Below are positions 13,290 to 25,315 of a DNA stretch of 64,000 nt, piece by piece (the first letter of the stretch is position 1; every line of letters starts with the position of its first letter). Below the pieces are notes generated by a model. The model searched no databases. It worked only from the letters and a program-made list of their open reading frames with translations, and was not told where the DNA came from. Made by a program: the position numbers and the translations under genes. The DNA comes from Mobula birostris. Its lineage: Eukaryota. The stretch spans positions 28,800,424-28,864,423 of the forward strand of contig NC_092398.1 of the NCBI RefSeq assembly GCF_030028105.1. Direction: 5' to 3'.

Positions 13290-14197
13290 GTTTAATTGTG
13301 AGTGAGGAATGTAAGTGGATCCAAAAGGTAGTGCAGGGGGAGTCTCAGCTCTTGAGCTTGCCAGCAGGTCTGAACTTCCTGCTCCTTGTAAAGATGGAAG
13401 GGGGGCCGTAGGGATGTATGCTCGGGATCCTCCCTGTCGCAAGCATTGAGAGCCCTGAAGGCTACGTTGTCTGCCTGGTGCCCGGGAACGCAACATCTCA
13501 TCTGACCTATGGAGTAATTTGGAGTGGAAGGGGAAAGATCTAGTGGTTGTCGTCCAGCTGGATAACTACAGCGCAGGACGAACAAGGACAGGGGTTCCGA
13601 TGGGTGAATTTGAGCAGCTTGGGACTAAATTAAAATGCAGAACCCAAAAGTTAATAAGCACTAGATTCTTCCCTGAGCCACTTACAAATTGGCACTGGGG
13701 TGATAAGATCAGAGAGTTCAATGTGTCGCTCTCAGCTGAATTCCTGGGGCACTGGAACCAGTATTGTGGAAGGTGGGGGCTGTGGAGATGGGACGGGCTT
13801 CCCCTGAATCATGCCGGGACCAGGGTCCTGGCAAATCACATAACTAGGGAAGTGGATAGGGTTATGAACTAAATAGTAGAGGGTTGCGTTAAACATCACG
13901 GAAACGTAAGAGTCAAGTAAAAGTGAAGGAGAGTGCAGGAGCGGTTACACAAGTCGTCAGCATACAGAAGACCAAACCATTTAGAAAGAGATAAGAATTT
14001 AACTTCTGGTAAGATTGAGTCAAAATTGATACGGGTGACCAATACAGGCCTGAATGTGTTATATCTGAATGCACGCAGTATACGTTATAAGGTCGATGAT
14101 CTTGTAGTGCAGTTAGAGATTCGCAGGTATGAAACTGTGGGCATCACGGAGTCGTGGCTGAAAGAAAATCAGAGCTGAGAGCTAAGCATCCAATGGT
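13290..14197 (+). mobile_element. CR1 LINE 5' portion (ORF1 remnant and ORF2 APE start)
   Basis: CCVPG...VVVVQLDN esterase remnant; TGLNVLYLNARSIRYKVDDL...VGITESWL. Confidence 0.8.
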
Positions 14198-14387
14198 ACA
14201 ATCAAAATTTGCAGATGCTGGAAATCCAAGCTACACACACAAAATGCTGAAGAAACTCAGCAGGGCAGGCAGCGTCAATGGAAAATAGTGCAGTCGACGT
14301 TTTGGTCCGAGACCCGAAACATCAACTGTACTTTTTATCCATAGGTGCTGCCTGGCCTGCTGAGTTCTTTCAGCATTTTGTGTGTGA
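14198..14387. repeat. Head-to-head inverted pair of Penelope-like tails fused within the hammerhead stem
   Basis: A minus arm (cacacacaaaatgctg...cagtcgacgtttt) joins at ggtccgagacc|cgaaac a plus arm (catcaactg...cagcattttgtgtgtg). Confidence 0.75.
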
Positions 14388-14879
14388 TCCAAGGGTGCAT
14401 ATTGTGTCGACAAAACAGCGAAATGGGCAGAGAGTGTGGGCAGACTCCAATGGTAAAAATGATAATAAATCTCTTGCAAGTTGTCCCCTCTCACTGTACA
14501 AGTTCTGCATTGGTTTGACTTTCCAGAATACATCATTTTGTCATCCACAACCTTGGTGATGAGGCCTGTTGCATTTGTAACCAACCCTGTGGCACACCAC
14601 TAGTCACTAGCCGTCATTCCCAGAGACAACTGTCAACCCCAACTCGCTATTTCGTATCTGCACTTATCTTGCACCTTATTGCGTACTTGCGCTGCGCATT
14701 CTCTGTTCCTATGGCATTTTGTTCTGAATTCCTTTATTGTTTTACCTTGTTGTACCTCAATGTATCATGTAATAATTTAATCTACACAAATGCTATGCAA
14801 GACGAGCTTGTTTTATACCGTGGTACATGTGACAATAGTAAAACAACTTATGAATGCTTTTATGCACCTCTACAAGGTT

Positions 14880-15290
14880 ACCCCATATTCTCCTCCGCCG
14901 CAAGAAGGAACGACCCCACCTGCGCAACTCCCTCTATAGCTCAGTCCCTCGAGTTCCGGCGACGCCCTCGGTTCGATCTGCTCTCTTCCCACCATAATGT
15001 CACGATGGGGTTGTATAGGGAACAATCAGCTGGTGACTCCCTGGTTCAGTCCCACCTCCCGCCGTCCTTCTTCCGACACTTTCCCTTCAAACACAATATC
15101 CTCCAAGGGATCATGAGACAGAGGAGCAGAATTCCGCCATTTCTCCAATCGAGTGTGCTGCGCCATTCCATGGTAACCCTCTCGGCGCCGTTGTCCGGAC
15201 TCCTCCCCATAACCTTTGATGACCTTACTTATGAAGAACCTCTCAGCATCCGCTCTAAATCCATCAATGACTTGACTCCACAGACCTAGT
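14880..15290 (+). mobile_element. Decayed Penelope-like RT/linker fragment
   Basis: GDSLVQSHLP and the adjacent sequence resemble the cgactccctt region of the 36-37.5 kb element. Confidence 0.4.
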
Positions 15291-15329
15291 GGCAATGATT
15301 TCCACACAGTCCTCACCCTCTGGAAATTC

Positions 15330-16190
15330 CTCCTCATCAAAGGGACGTCCGGCTATTCTGAAGCTGTGCCCTACGATTATAGACTCGCTCGCTACAGGAA
15401 AAATCCTTTCCACGTCCACTCCCTCTACGCCCTTTCAGTATTCGGTAAATTACAATGAGATTCACCTCTCATTCTTTTAATCTCCAGCGAATATGGACCC
15501 AGAGCCATTAAACGCTCCTCATTAATTAACCCTATCATTCTTGAAGAGGTTCGCTACCATTCTTGTGAACTTCTCCTGGGGCTTCTCTAATGCCAGCACA
15601 TTCTTTCTTTGAAAGGGGGCCCGAAACTGTTGACAATACTCCAAACTCCCTCCATTGCACAATCCAGGGACCTGAACCCTCCTTCCAGAATCAGAATCAA
15701 AATCAGGTTTAATATCGCCGGCGTATGTCGTGAACTCTGATAACTTTGAGGCAGCAGTACGATGCAATACAAAAATGAGCTGAGGTAGTGTTCATGGGTT
15801 CAATGTCCATTTAGAAATCGGATGGCAGTGGGGAAGAAGCTGCCCCGGAATCGCTGAGTACGTGCCTTCAGGCTCCTGTATCTCCTTCCTGACGGTAACA
15901 GTGAAAAGAGGGCGTGTCCTGGGTGGTGGGGGTCCTTGATGATAGAAGCCACTTTTTGAGGTACCGCTCCTTGACGATGCCTTGGATTCTACAGAGGCTG
16001 GTACACGTGATGGAGCTGACTAATTTTATAATCCTCTGCAGTTTACTTCAATCCTGTGCAGTAGCCCCCTTCTCCATATCAGACAGTAGTGCAGCCAGTC
16101 AGAAAGCTCTCCACGGTGCATCTGTAGAGGTTTCCGAGTGTTTTCGGTGACAGACCAAATGTCCTCAAACTTGTGATGAAATATAGCCGC
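15330..16190 (-). mobile_element. CR1 and Rex1-like 3' remnants
   Basis: ALEKPQEKFTRMV (CR1 C-terminus); aggagacaggagcctgaaggcac-type Rex1 segment in reverse. Confidence 0.55.
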
Positions 16191-16629
16191 TGATGAAATC
16201 AGATCCTGATGTGATATAGCTCCTGTTGAAATATAGCCCAGGTGAAGTAACTAGTCCATTGTATTCGGTGTTCACTCTGTGGTCTCCTCTGCGCTGGATG
16301 AACCAAACGCAGACTGTGATCAGTGGCTGCATTCAGTTGGCGGGAGTGACCAGAGACCTCGCGATGCCCATTCCTGTCAATGGGGCAGCCCCAAGTCTGC
16401 TGAAGGGAAGTCAGTGGCTTGAGTAGAAACGAGAGAGGGAGGACCAGTGACGGACGCTCTCATTTCTAGAGGACTAGAACATAAAATAAAGGGGTAATGC
16501 GGAGTTTGGGGCCATTTATCGAAGAAAGGATGGGTTGGAATCATAAATCCTGAACTGCATCCCAACTATATAACATAAACCCCAATCCCTAAACTAAATA
16601 CTGAACTGTGGTGTATGTGGTGTCTAGGG

Positions 16630-17130
16630 AGGGGTAGCAGCTCTGGTGGGGGGGGGGGGGGCTGCCGTGCCCTTTTTAGGACAGCTCGTCCACCTTTGGT
16701 CCCCACCTGGCGCTCAGCTCTCACCTGTGGCTCCAAGTAGTTGTAACACGCACAGCGGCAACACCCCGGTAAACCGTCTCGGCAGACGGGCCAAACCAGG
16801 TGACGGTAGCCGACGGGTCTTCGACCCTCGGTGAGGTAGGTGATCTGCCTGTCCCAGCGTGTGAAGTCTGGCCATGGCGGATTGAGCGGAAGAGACGAAT
16901 TAATAGTCCAACAGTCAAGAAAGCAGGCCAGCAGGCGTGGTGGAGCGGTAAGAGCACGACAAGGCACTTAGACGTCCTGGTCATCCACTGCAAGAGGTGG
17001 TGATCTCTTTAATCTCATCCGACAGAAGACAAAGGCAAACCATTGCAGTAACCTGCCACGAACATGATTTCAATATGTCAGAGCGGCGTAGAGGGAAATC
17101 ATTCGCCAACTGGAAGTTCCAGATGCGACC
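16630..17130. mobile_element. Unclassified interspersed repeat, possibly RTE-related
   Basis: The ggggtagcagctctggtggggg segment has a reverse counterpart near 45580-45600. No protein motif was recognised. Confidence 0.3.
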
Positions 17131-17139
17131 TAACGACGA

Positions 17140-17310
17140 AATCCTGAACTATACCCCAAATTTATAACACTAACCCCAATCCTGAAACTAAATCTTCAAA
17201 TATACCTCAAATTTGCAATACCAGCCCCAAACACTAAAGTAAATCCTGAACTATACCCTAAAGTTATAACACTAATCCTAATCCCTAAACTAATACCCCA
17301 AATTTATAAT
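17140..17310. repeat. Short tandem array, aaatcctgaactataccccaaatttataacactaacccc unit
   Basis: About three decayed units, with related units at 16545-16610 and 20700-20740. Confidence 0.65.
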
Positions 17311-18551
17311 AGATGTAAGGAGTAACATGACGACTGGACCACAGGTAAGATAAGGGTCCGGATCAGGGTCAGGAATTGAGCTTCTGGATCAGGGAACAAA
17401 GGCTTAGGGTTAGTGATGTGGGTTACTGTTAAACTGAGGTATGAGTAATGGTTTAGAGTTAGACATGAATTATTTCCACAGGTCAGGAACTGTTTAGTGT
17501 TAGGGATTATGGCTAGTTTTACAAGTCAGGCTTTAATGGAGAACAAGATTAGTGCTTAGGGATTGGTGTGACAGTTATGGGTTGAGACTTGTGTTTATGA
17601 GCAATTGATATTTAGGAATTACGGTTAATTAGGAATGGATTCAGCGTATTTAGGATTATGGTTTGTGTCAAGTACAGGGGTTGGGATTGAGACGATGTAC
17701 TCTCTCTCTCTCTCTCTCACGTTTTTATACAGAATTGACTCACTGTTACGGATATTGACCATTCGATAAACTATGTATGTTTGAACCCCCCTATGTGCAA
17801 GAACAATTGCTATTAACAATATAGGTGGTAAAAGTCATTAGAAACTACAATCTAGCAATAGATGATACTTTCAAGCTCGTAAACATTTGTCCCTTAGTTG
17901 GTGCGTGTCTTGGATCACTGATCACACCTCCAGACTCCTGGTTTTCAAAGGGAACTTTTCTTCAAATACCTTTTTTTATGTCTGGGCCGTCTGCACTCTA
18001 TTTGCAATCTAAACTTGCCTGCTTATTATGTTAACCCAGGTGGCAATGAATTTCACAGATGCACCAACAGCTGGCTAAAGAAATTAATCGTCATCTCTGT
18101 TCTACAGGGACATCCCTGTATTCTGAAGCTATACCCTTCGCCCCTAGACTCACAGGAAACATCACATCCAGGTTTTTCGTTAGCAGAGGAACTGGCAGTG
18201 ATATCCTGATATCACGGAGGATTGAAAATTCTACGTTTATAGTAAATGTACCCAATGCAAATATTGAATTAAACGCTGTTAAATCTTGAATTGAAACCTA
18301 CATCCACCATTTCCGCTGTCTGTTCGTTCCACACTGGCACCAGTCTCTGAGTGAAGAAATTCCCCTTAAATATTTCACCTTTCACCCCTCACTCATGACC
18401 CATGACCTCTAGTTTAAGTCTCACCCACCCTCAATGGGAAAAGGCTTGTATTTACCTTAAACATGCCACTCATAATTTATAAATCTATCAAATTTCCCCT
18501 CATGCTCCTGCACTTCACAGACTAAAGTCCTATCCTATACTGCCTTTCCCT

Positions 18552-20130
18552 TGTAGGTTTCTGCAAATACAACAAAGTGAGGAGTTTTAGATGCAACGAA
18601 ACCCGTAACATTTTTTTGAACTCCAAGACCTACACAATAAAACGGCACTAAAACCCTGTTACTTAACAGCGCCATCACGTCAGGCCAGCCTCTTAAAGTG
18701 AAACCTCAACTCACTGGGTATTTCTCCCAATCACAATACCCTGCACAGAAACTCCTCCCCGCAACCACCACCACCTCCAGTCCCCCAGTATTCGCTAAAA
18801 CCGGCATTGTAAACCTGTCTGGAGGTCAGACGAACCGCCCGGCTCAGGTCCTGCGTTCCATGGGTGGAGGAACAGCAGGTGCATCTGGCTTGTCCAGAAG
18901 TGTGTTGACACGCTCATGGTAATATTGCGATGCTTGGGGAATATTACAAACCTTGCTGGGCCGGTTTAAGTCCGAAAACTTTCAGGTTTACCTCTCTTAT
19001 CTATGATAAAAGTATATTCTTTCGGCTCCAAAACGTGGAAGAAGCCTTTGTAAGGGGCCTAAGGGGATGTTGGTGTGCGTCATGAGGGACGAAAACAAAC
19101 GAAGGGGAATGCAGGTCAACAGGTACCCAAGAGTGCTGTATGCCTTGATAGGAGTTAGGACAAGGTGAAAAGGAATTGAATTTATTGTTAAGGAGCCTTC
19201 CAGACGGTCATGCCGTGAGGAATGAAATCAGCTGGCACACTTAACATCTGGCCGTATACCAGCTCTGCCGCAGACGACCCCGGTTCCTCCTTTGGAGCAG
19301 ATTTGAGTCCCAGGAGGACCCATGAAAACCAATCATGCCAACAATCATCGGCCAGGGAAACCCTTAGAGCACCCTTTAAGGACGGTGAACCCACTCACAA
19401 AGGCCATTGGATTGTGGGTGATACGCCGTGGTATGATGTATCCTAAAGCCGATGTTTTGGGCCATCGCAGCTCTGAGCCCTGAAATGAAATGGGGATGGC
19501 GATCAAAGGAGATATCAGATGGGGTGCCAAACCAAGCAACCTAGGTGCTGATTAATGTCCGGGACACGTCCGAGGCAATTGTCGGTTCCAGAGGGACGAC
19601 CTCTGGCCACCTGGTGGTCCACCATGGTAAGAAGGTGCGTGAACCCGCAGGAGGGGGTAGATGACCAACAAAGTCCTCATTGACATGGTCACACCGTCGC
19701 TCAGGGACCTCAGAAGGTGTCAATCGCGCCTAAGCATGATGGTTAATTTTTCCCGCTGGCACTCCACACGAACTGCGGTCCTATCATACACGTCTTTTAT
19801 GAGGCGGTGCCAAACAAACTGTAGTGCAACCAATTTACAGGAGGCCTTCCGGTCCGGATGCGAGAGGCCATGTATGGAGTCAAAATCAGTCCGTGTTCAG
19901 TTTGTGGGCACAATGGAGCGAGGGCGACTGGTTAAGACATCACGCAGCAGAGAAACCCCATCCTTCCCGGACTTAATGTCAGCCACCGCAGGTCCATGAC
20001 TACTGTTCAGTAAGCCTGGTCAGTAACTTGGTCACACGCAGGCATGATCAACCCCGCTGTGTATGGCCTCAGTGGCTCGCCGTGAGAGACAATCGGGCAT
20101 GGCATTCTTTTCCCCTTGAAATGTTGTATA
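18552..20130 (-). mobile_element. Gypsy LTR retrotransposon 3' part: RNase H end, integrase, PPT and 3' LTR (18552-18747)
   Basis: KNAMPDCLSR (RNase H end); RRCDHVNEDFVGHLP and WVLLGLKSAPKEEPGSSAAELVYG (integrase). A G-rich tract is followed by a ~196-bp TGTG...CTACA LTR on the minus strand. Confidence 0.8.
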
Positions 20131-20849
20131 TATTTTCTGAACTCGTACATGTTTTTTGAACTCGGATATGTACAGGCCCAGAAAAATCAAACGCTCATCA
20201 TAAGTTAATTCTTTCATTCCAGCAATCAGTCTCATGAACGTCCGGCAGACTCCCTCCAATGCCAGCAAATCTTTTCTCAGGTAAAGGGCCCAAAACCGTT
20301 CACAATACTCTGACCTCTTCCCATCGCACCATCCTGGGTTCTGAATGCACCTTACAGGTCAAGAAAGTAATTCACTTCCATTTTTTCCAGTCTAGTCCAC
20401 AGCATTCAATATTCACACGGTGGTTTCTTCTACCAGAGGAACCAAACAAAGGCTTAGGTGAGTAGCAGAATTCAGTCAGTGGGGGTGAGCTCAGACCTCC
20501 CATTCCCTACTGGAGGGAAGTCAGTGGCTTGAGTAGAAATGTCAGGAGGTGAGGGAGATACAGCGAGGGAGACTCTCATTTCACAAGGACTAGAATATAA
20601 AAGCAACAATGTCATGCTGAGGCTTTTTAAGGCATTGGTGAGAGTATTGTGGGAACTTCTGGGCCCCTTATCGAAGAAAGGATGCACTGGAACTAACTCT
20701 AAGCCTCTAAACTAAATCCTGAACGTTACCAGAAATTTATAACATGTAAGGAGTAACATGACGACTGGAGATGAGGTAGGAGTTAGGAGTAGATCAGCAA
20801 CTAGGGGCTTAGAGTTAGTAATGGGGGTTAGGGTTTTAAATTGGGGTAT

Positions 20850-21130
20850 GGTCTTTGTCTCTCAGTCACTCTTTTTCTGTCTCCCCGCCTGCACCATCTC
20901 CCCCATCAACCCCCACTCTGTTTCCCTGAACCTTTCTATCTCTGCTTCTCCCGTCTCCTCCTATCCTCAACCTGCCTCTTCTCCTTCCCTCCTCTGTCTC
21001 CCCCCTTCTCTCTCTCCCTCTCTCTCTTTCACCCTTCGTCTCCCTTCCACTCTGTTTCTCTCTTTGTCTGTCTTTCTCTCTGTTACTGTCCCCTTCCCTG
21101 TCCTTCCATGTTTCTTCCTCATGCCTTTCT
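20850..21130. repeat. CT-rich low-complexity tract
   Basis: Degenerate (CT)n/(CTT)n sequence. Confidence 0.8.
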
Positions 21131-21469
21131 GTTACTACTGTCCTGGACAGCTTCTAACTTGTATCATAGAGTCTTGAAGAGTCAAAGAGCAATCCAGCAT
21201 GGCTACAGGCCTTTTGGCCCAGCCAATCCATGCAAACCATGGCGCCCTTTCAGCTTGTCCCAGTTTCCTGATTTTGCCACAGTCAGCTGTGGAGATCGAG
21301 AGAAGGGATGTCTTTAAAGTGGAGGTTGATAGATTCTTGGGTGGTAAGGATGTCAAAGGTTACAGGGCAAGACTAGAGAATGGAGCAGAGAGGGAAAATG
21401 TGACGATGGAAAGCCAGAACATAATAGATGGGTCGAAAGGCCTAACACTACTCCTGTGTTTTATGGTCT

Positions 21470-21604
21470 CTTCTGGCAACTATCATATGCCAAAAGAGAC
21501 CATAAACCATAAGAGTAGTGTTACGTTTTTCAGACAGTCGATTCTATTTTGCCATTCAGTCATGGTTAATCTATTTTCTTTCTCTACTCCATTCTCCACC
21601 CCTT
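21470..21604 (-). mobile_element. Polypurine tract (21592-21604) and truncated start of the 3' LTR of the env-bearing element
   Basis: The minus strand reads AAGGGGTGGAGAA then TG. It is cut off by a CR1 fragment below ~21470. Confidence 0.5.
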
Positions 21605-22577
21605 GTAATATTGATCAGTGAGGCACAGAGTACCTGTAATTACTGACAAGTAACCTTTAATGTCTCATCATAAAAGCACATGGATTCACAAACTAACTAC
21701 CTGTGTGGACCCCACTAGAATCCCTGATGCCCCCCCATGAACAGTACATGAAAAGAAAAGATATTACCCAGGGAAAGGGGGCTACACTGCCAAGGCGTTC
21801 TTCGTGGTTCCGATTTCCACGTGTCCATGGGATTCTCCTTATCCGTGATGGTTGGTGTCTGGTAGCTGGAGAGTTATTGCCCCGACATATTTAGAGCTCC
21901 TGGCTCTTATAGTGTTCCGCATCAATTGAACTGGTGGATCTCCATCCCATTGACTCAAGCTCACCTGACCTACCTGTGTCACTTTCATATTGGTTCTGGT
22001 CCAGGGCTACAACCAACATTGTTTCATGGTTCTGCCCACCTCACCCTTGTGTGTATGTGTCTTTCAACTCTGACTGGTCCAAACCAGTTTAATGAGGTGG
22101 CCCCCAGACAGAGATTACAGGTTGCTTCTTTGGTAGGTCTGGCACTTTCCATAATAAGTAGCTACTCGTCTGAGAATGGTCTCAGGTTTAGCAGGTTATC
22201 ACCCGAAGCTGCTTGTGTCCACTTTCAGTTGCTCTGATTACGGTATCCCGGAGCAAGAATCAGTTCAAAGTCTACAAAATTGAGAGAACCAAAGACTGTC
22301 TGCTTCCCCTGTCCTTGATTCATCAAATCCACTAATTGCAGATTGTAGTTTCTTCTGGCCAACATCTCTCTTCTCTTGATCCAGAAATATTTCTCAGAAT
22401 CATTATCCTCCTCTCATTCAGTTGACTGCCCATAGGACTGCCATGGAACCCCAATAGGTGTGCAATACTCACATTCTATAAATAATATTAGCAGTTCCTT
22501 ACTAACTTCACCCAGTTTATACTGACAATCATCTGTGCTGTTTCGTGAAAGTATTATCCTCTATTTTTTCGACTTTG

Positions 22578-23845
22578 TTACATTATTTCAGCCTTCCATC
22601 TTCTCAGTTGATATACATTGAGCAATACAATTATCAGGGTACATAAAATTAGTATTACAGCACCATGTGATACTACCCTCACCCACGGATGTGCTTGAAC
22701 ATTTGTTCCCCAATTGCAAAACTTACACTAAAAGTCTGGGTCACTCAATATTTCACATGCCTTACCAGCATGTGTTTTAATTACTTCAGTGAGCTCAGTC
22801 CATTGATGGATTATCTACTTTGCCTTCTCCACAACACATGTCCAGTCTGCAGTCAAGTGAGGAATAGGTGGCAGTTCACTAACAACTTAAATCATTCGTA
22901 TCAGAGCGTCGGATCTTGAAATTCTCTTTCATTACTGTGTCTCCTGCTGGCTGAGGCAAAGTTCATTCTCCAATGGCCTGATCTAAAGACACATTCCCTA
23001 TGGCGAAATTGTGACTTTCCAAAGGGTATTGTTTCCATCCCTTGGTATGACTTGTAGCCCCTGTTCCTCTATAGTATGTCTGTCCCACCAGTCATATTGT
23101 AAATAGACTGATTATTCACAGGCAAAATAAACAATGAACAATTTTCATAAGTACTGAAACCACAATTTGTAAGTTCTGCTTTGTAATTTCTTTTGAACAA
23201 GACCAGTGGGCCTGATGGCATCTTGATAATCTATCCCTTTCCCAGTTCTATTCATAATAATAGCATGTGTTGGTGGGTTAGTTGGGGATATCTTCTATTC
23301 TCATGATATTTACCAATATTGTGAACCCTTTTCAAAGGGTAGGGTGAATTATTTCCATGTCAGAGAATGTGGAATACTACTCTGATATAAAACCTTCCTC
23401 TACCATCATCACAGGTACCCAGTACTCTGTTGGGTATTGTATGACTCCGTATATGAGACAATGGCGCCCTTTCTCTGACCCATTCTTTTAGCTAATCATC
23501 TGAGACCCAATTAGGTACTTGATGTGCATAAAGTTGCGATAAATTAGTGCCAATCATGGTAAGCAAACAACTAGCAAATGTAGCACAGATCTCAGTTTTA
23601 TTCATTTCCTTAGACATGAGGTCGATGTGGTCAATAATCAGATGTATTGAAATTTAACCACATCCAGAGTTACCTGGGATGCACCTCGACCAATCTGATT
23701 AGTTTATACCTGATCTTGATAATTTTCTCCAGTAATATCTCTTGTTTTCTGCTGTATCTGGTTTTCTAATTCTGTTATATCTAGGGTGTTGACCCTGATA
23801 CATAACCTAACCCACTACCTGCAATTCCAATAGTTGCCTGACTTT
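22578..23845 (-). pseudogene. Decayed env-like class I fusion protein (F1/TM-like subunit)
   Basis: Across frameshifts and stops: ATIGIAGSGLGYVSGS (fusion-peptide-like), LDITELENQIQQKTRDIT (heptad), ICATFASCLLTMIGTNLSQLYAHQVPNWV, LKRVHNIGKY, CHQAHWSC, TNCGFSTYENC, then HPWVRVVSHGAVILILCTLIIVLLNVYQLRRWKAEIM* (TM anchor and short tail; stop at 22578-22580). Confidence 0.7.
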
Positions 23846-24816
23846 TAATAGGCATCAATTTCCCATCAGAGAGTTTAGCTGGTCTGCGTATCTTCCTTTC
23901 CCATGCTCTACTCATTTTCCTCAGTGCCCATGCCCCAGTATGTGTGGGTTTGGAAGGATCAAACATTTCCAGTGCCTTTTTAGATACATCAGTACTGTGA
24001 GACACTGGTGTTCTCAACCATCTATTTAAGGCCTCTGGTCCTAAATGCTGTTCCATACACCACCGGGAACACCGTCCACAAACGGGATGCAAATGCAGTG
24101 GGATATTCACCGCTCCTCTGGTAACATTTGTCTAGCCCGTCTGCTAGGTGCTCCCCCATAAGTAGGGTACGCGGCTATGATGCACCCACGGCGTAGATTC
24201 GACCTAGGAGTATAAACTGGCCTTAACAGTCAAAATTGTGTTCTTCAGTTCCACACTTGTTCCCTCACCATGCCATTTTATAGCTGGAAGAGTTTATATC
24301 TGGATGTAAACACATTATAATCAATTTCCTTTCCTCAGAATCATCTAGACCATGTATAACACCCTGATGACTAGTTGCTTGGAAAGGCTTTCAAGGATCG
24401 TTTCTGAGCACAAATGACCTGATATTCTTAGCAAAATCTCTAAAATGCCCGAAAAGTGTGGTGTATGTTATATTCTGATTTTGATTCTCTCCCCTTGCTC
24501 CCCCCTCTCCGATAGTAACTATCGATGCCAATCGTGCAGACAGTAGCACCAGCTCCCGCGGGCAGGGAGCTGGTGGCAGTTCCTCGGGAAGCGGTGCTTA
24601 GTAGTTATCGTAGCCGTACCTAGTAGCTTCATCTGCTAAATCATGCCAATCAATATCTCCATATTCACCTTCCTACCCTTGTTCAGAGGCAAAAGCACAT
24701 ATTATTCCTCGTTGTGCAGAAAGTTGGTCCTGCAGCTTTTGAATCTGCTTTAAACTCTTTGCATGATCACCAGTGTTACTCTTGCTTTCCTGTGCTGATT
24801 TCTGAATCACATTCAT
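23846..24816 (-). pseudogene. Decayed gag-like region of the same LTR element
   Basis: Coiled-coil SLKQIQKLQDQLSAQRG, proline-rich PLPEELPPAPCP, then a capsid-like segment HGLDDSEERKLIIMCL...GLDKCYQRSGEYPTAFASRLWTVF (CxQxxGExxxxFxxRL pattern). After a frameshift it continues HLGPEALNRWLRT...WALRKMSRAW. Confidence 0.6.
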
Positions 24817-25004
24817 CTATCTATGACACCTCCTTAAATGAATTATTCACATTTAAACTCATCAGGGCTCACTTTATTCATGGGAATAATTATTTCATTA
24901 TCATTCATACGTTAAAAATAAAACTGAGTAGGCAGGGGCGTTAAAAGACAACATCTAACAGCCTAGAAAATCAGCCAGTCTGGCACATCATTAGGATTTT
25001 GCAG

Positions 25005-25315
25005 CATTGTAGCGTAGCGGTTAGCAAAATGCCATTAAAGCGCCAGCAATCACCAATCGGTGTTCAATTCCTGCTGCTGTCTGTAAGGAGTTTGTACTTT
25101 CTCCCCATGACGGTGTGTGTTTCCTCCAGGAGCTCCCGTTTCCTCCCACGTACAGTTAGGGTTAGCAAGCTGTGGGCAGGCTATCCTGGTGCCAGAAGCA
25201 TGGTGACACTCGCAGCCTGCCCTTGGCACAATCTTCACTGATTGATTCGATGCAAACATCGCATTTCACTGTCTGTGTCAAGGTACATGTGACAAATAAA
25301 GCCAATCTTCACCTT
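25005..25315 (+). mobile_element. V-SINE-like (HE1-type) element
   Basis: tRNA-like head (agcgtagcggttagc...ggtgttcaattcc), V-domain gtttcctccaggagctcccgtttcctccca, and tail gtgacaaataaagc. A reverse copy lies near 32480-32615. Confidence 0.65.

Noticed and set aside
14669-15289. 206-aa ORF as a host gene
   Set aside because: It spans a LINE tail and a decayed Penelope-like fragment, and starts at TTG.
23781-24110. Endogenous bornavirus, chuvirus or other RNA-virus gene
   Set aside because: The flanking frames read as retroelement gag and the segment ends at a PPT-TG, which favours an LTR element. I recognised no N, M or L motifs.
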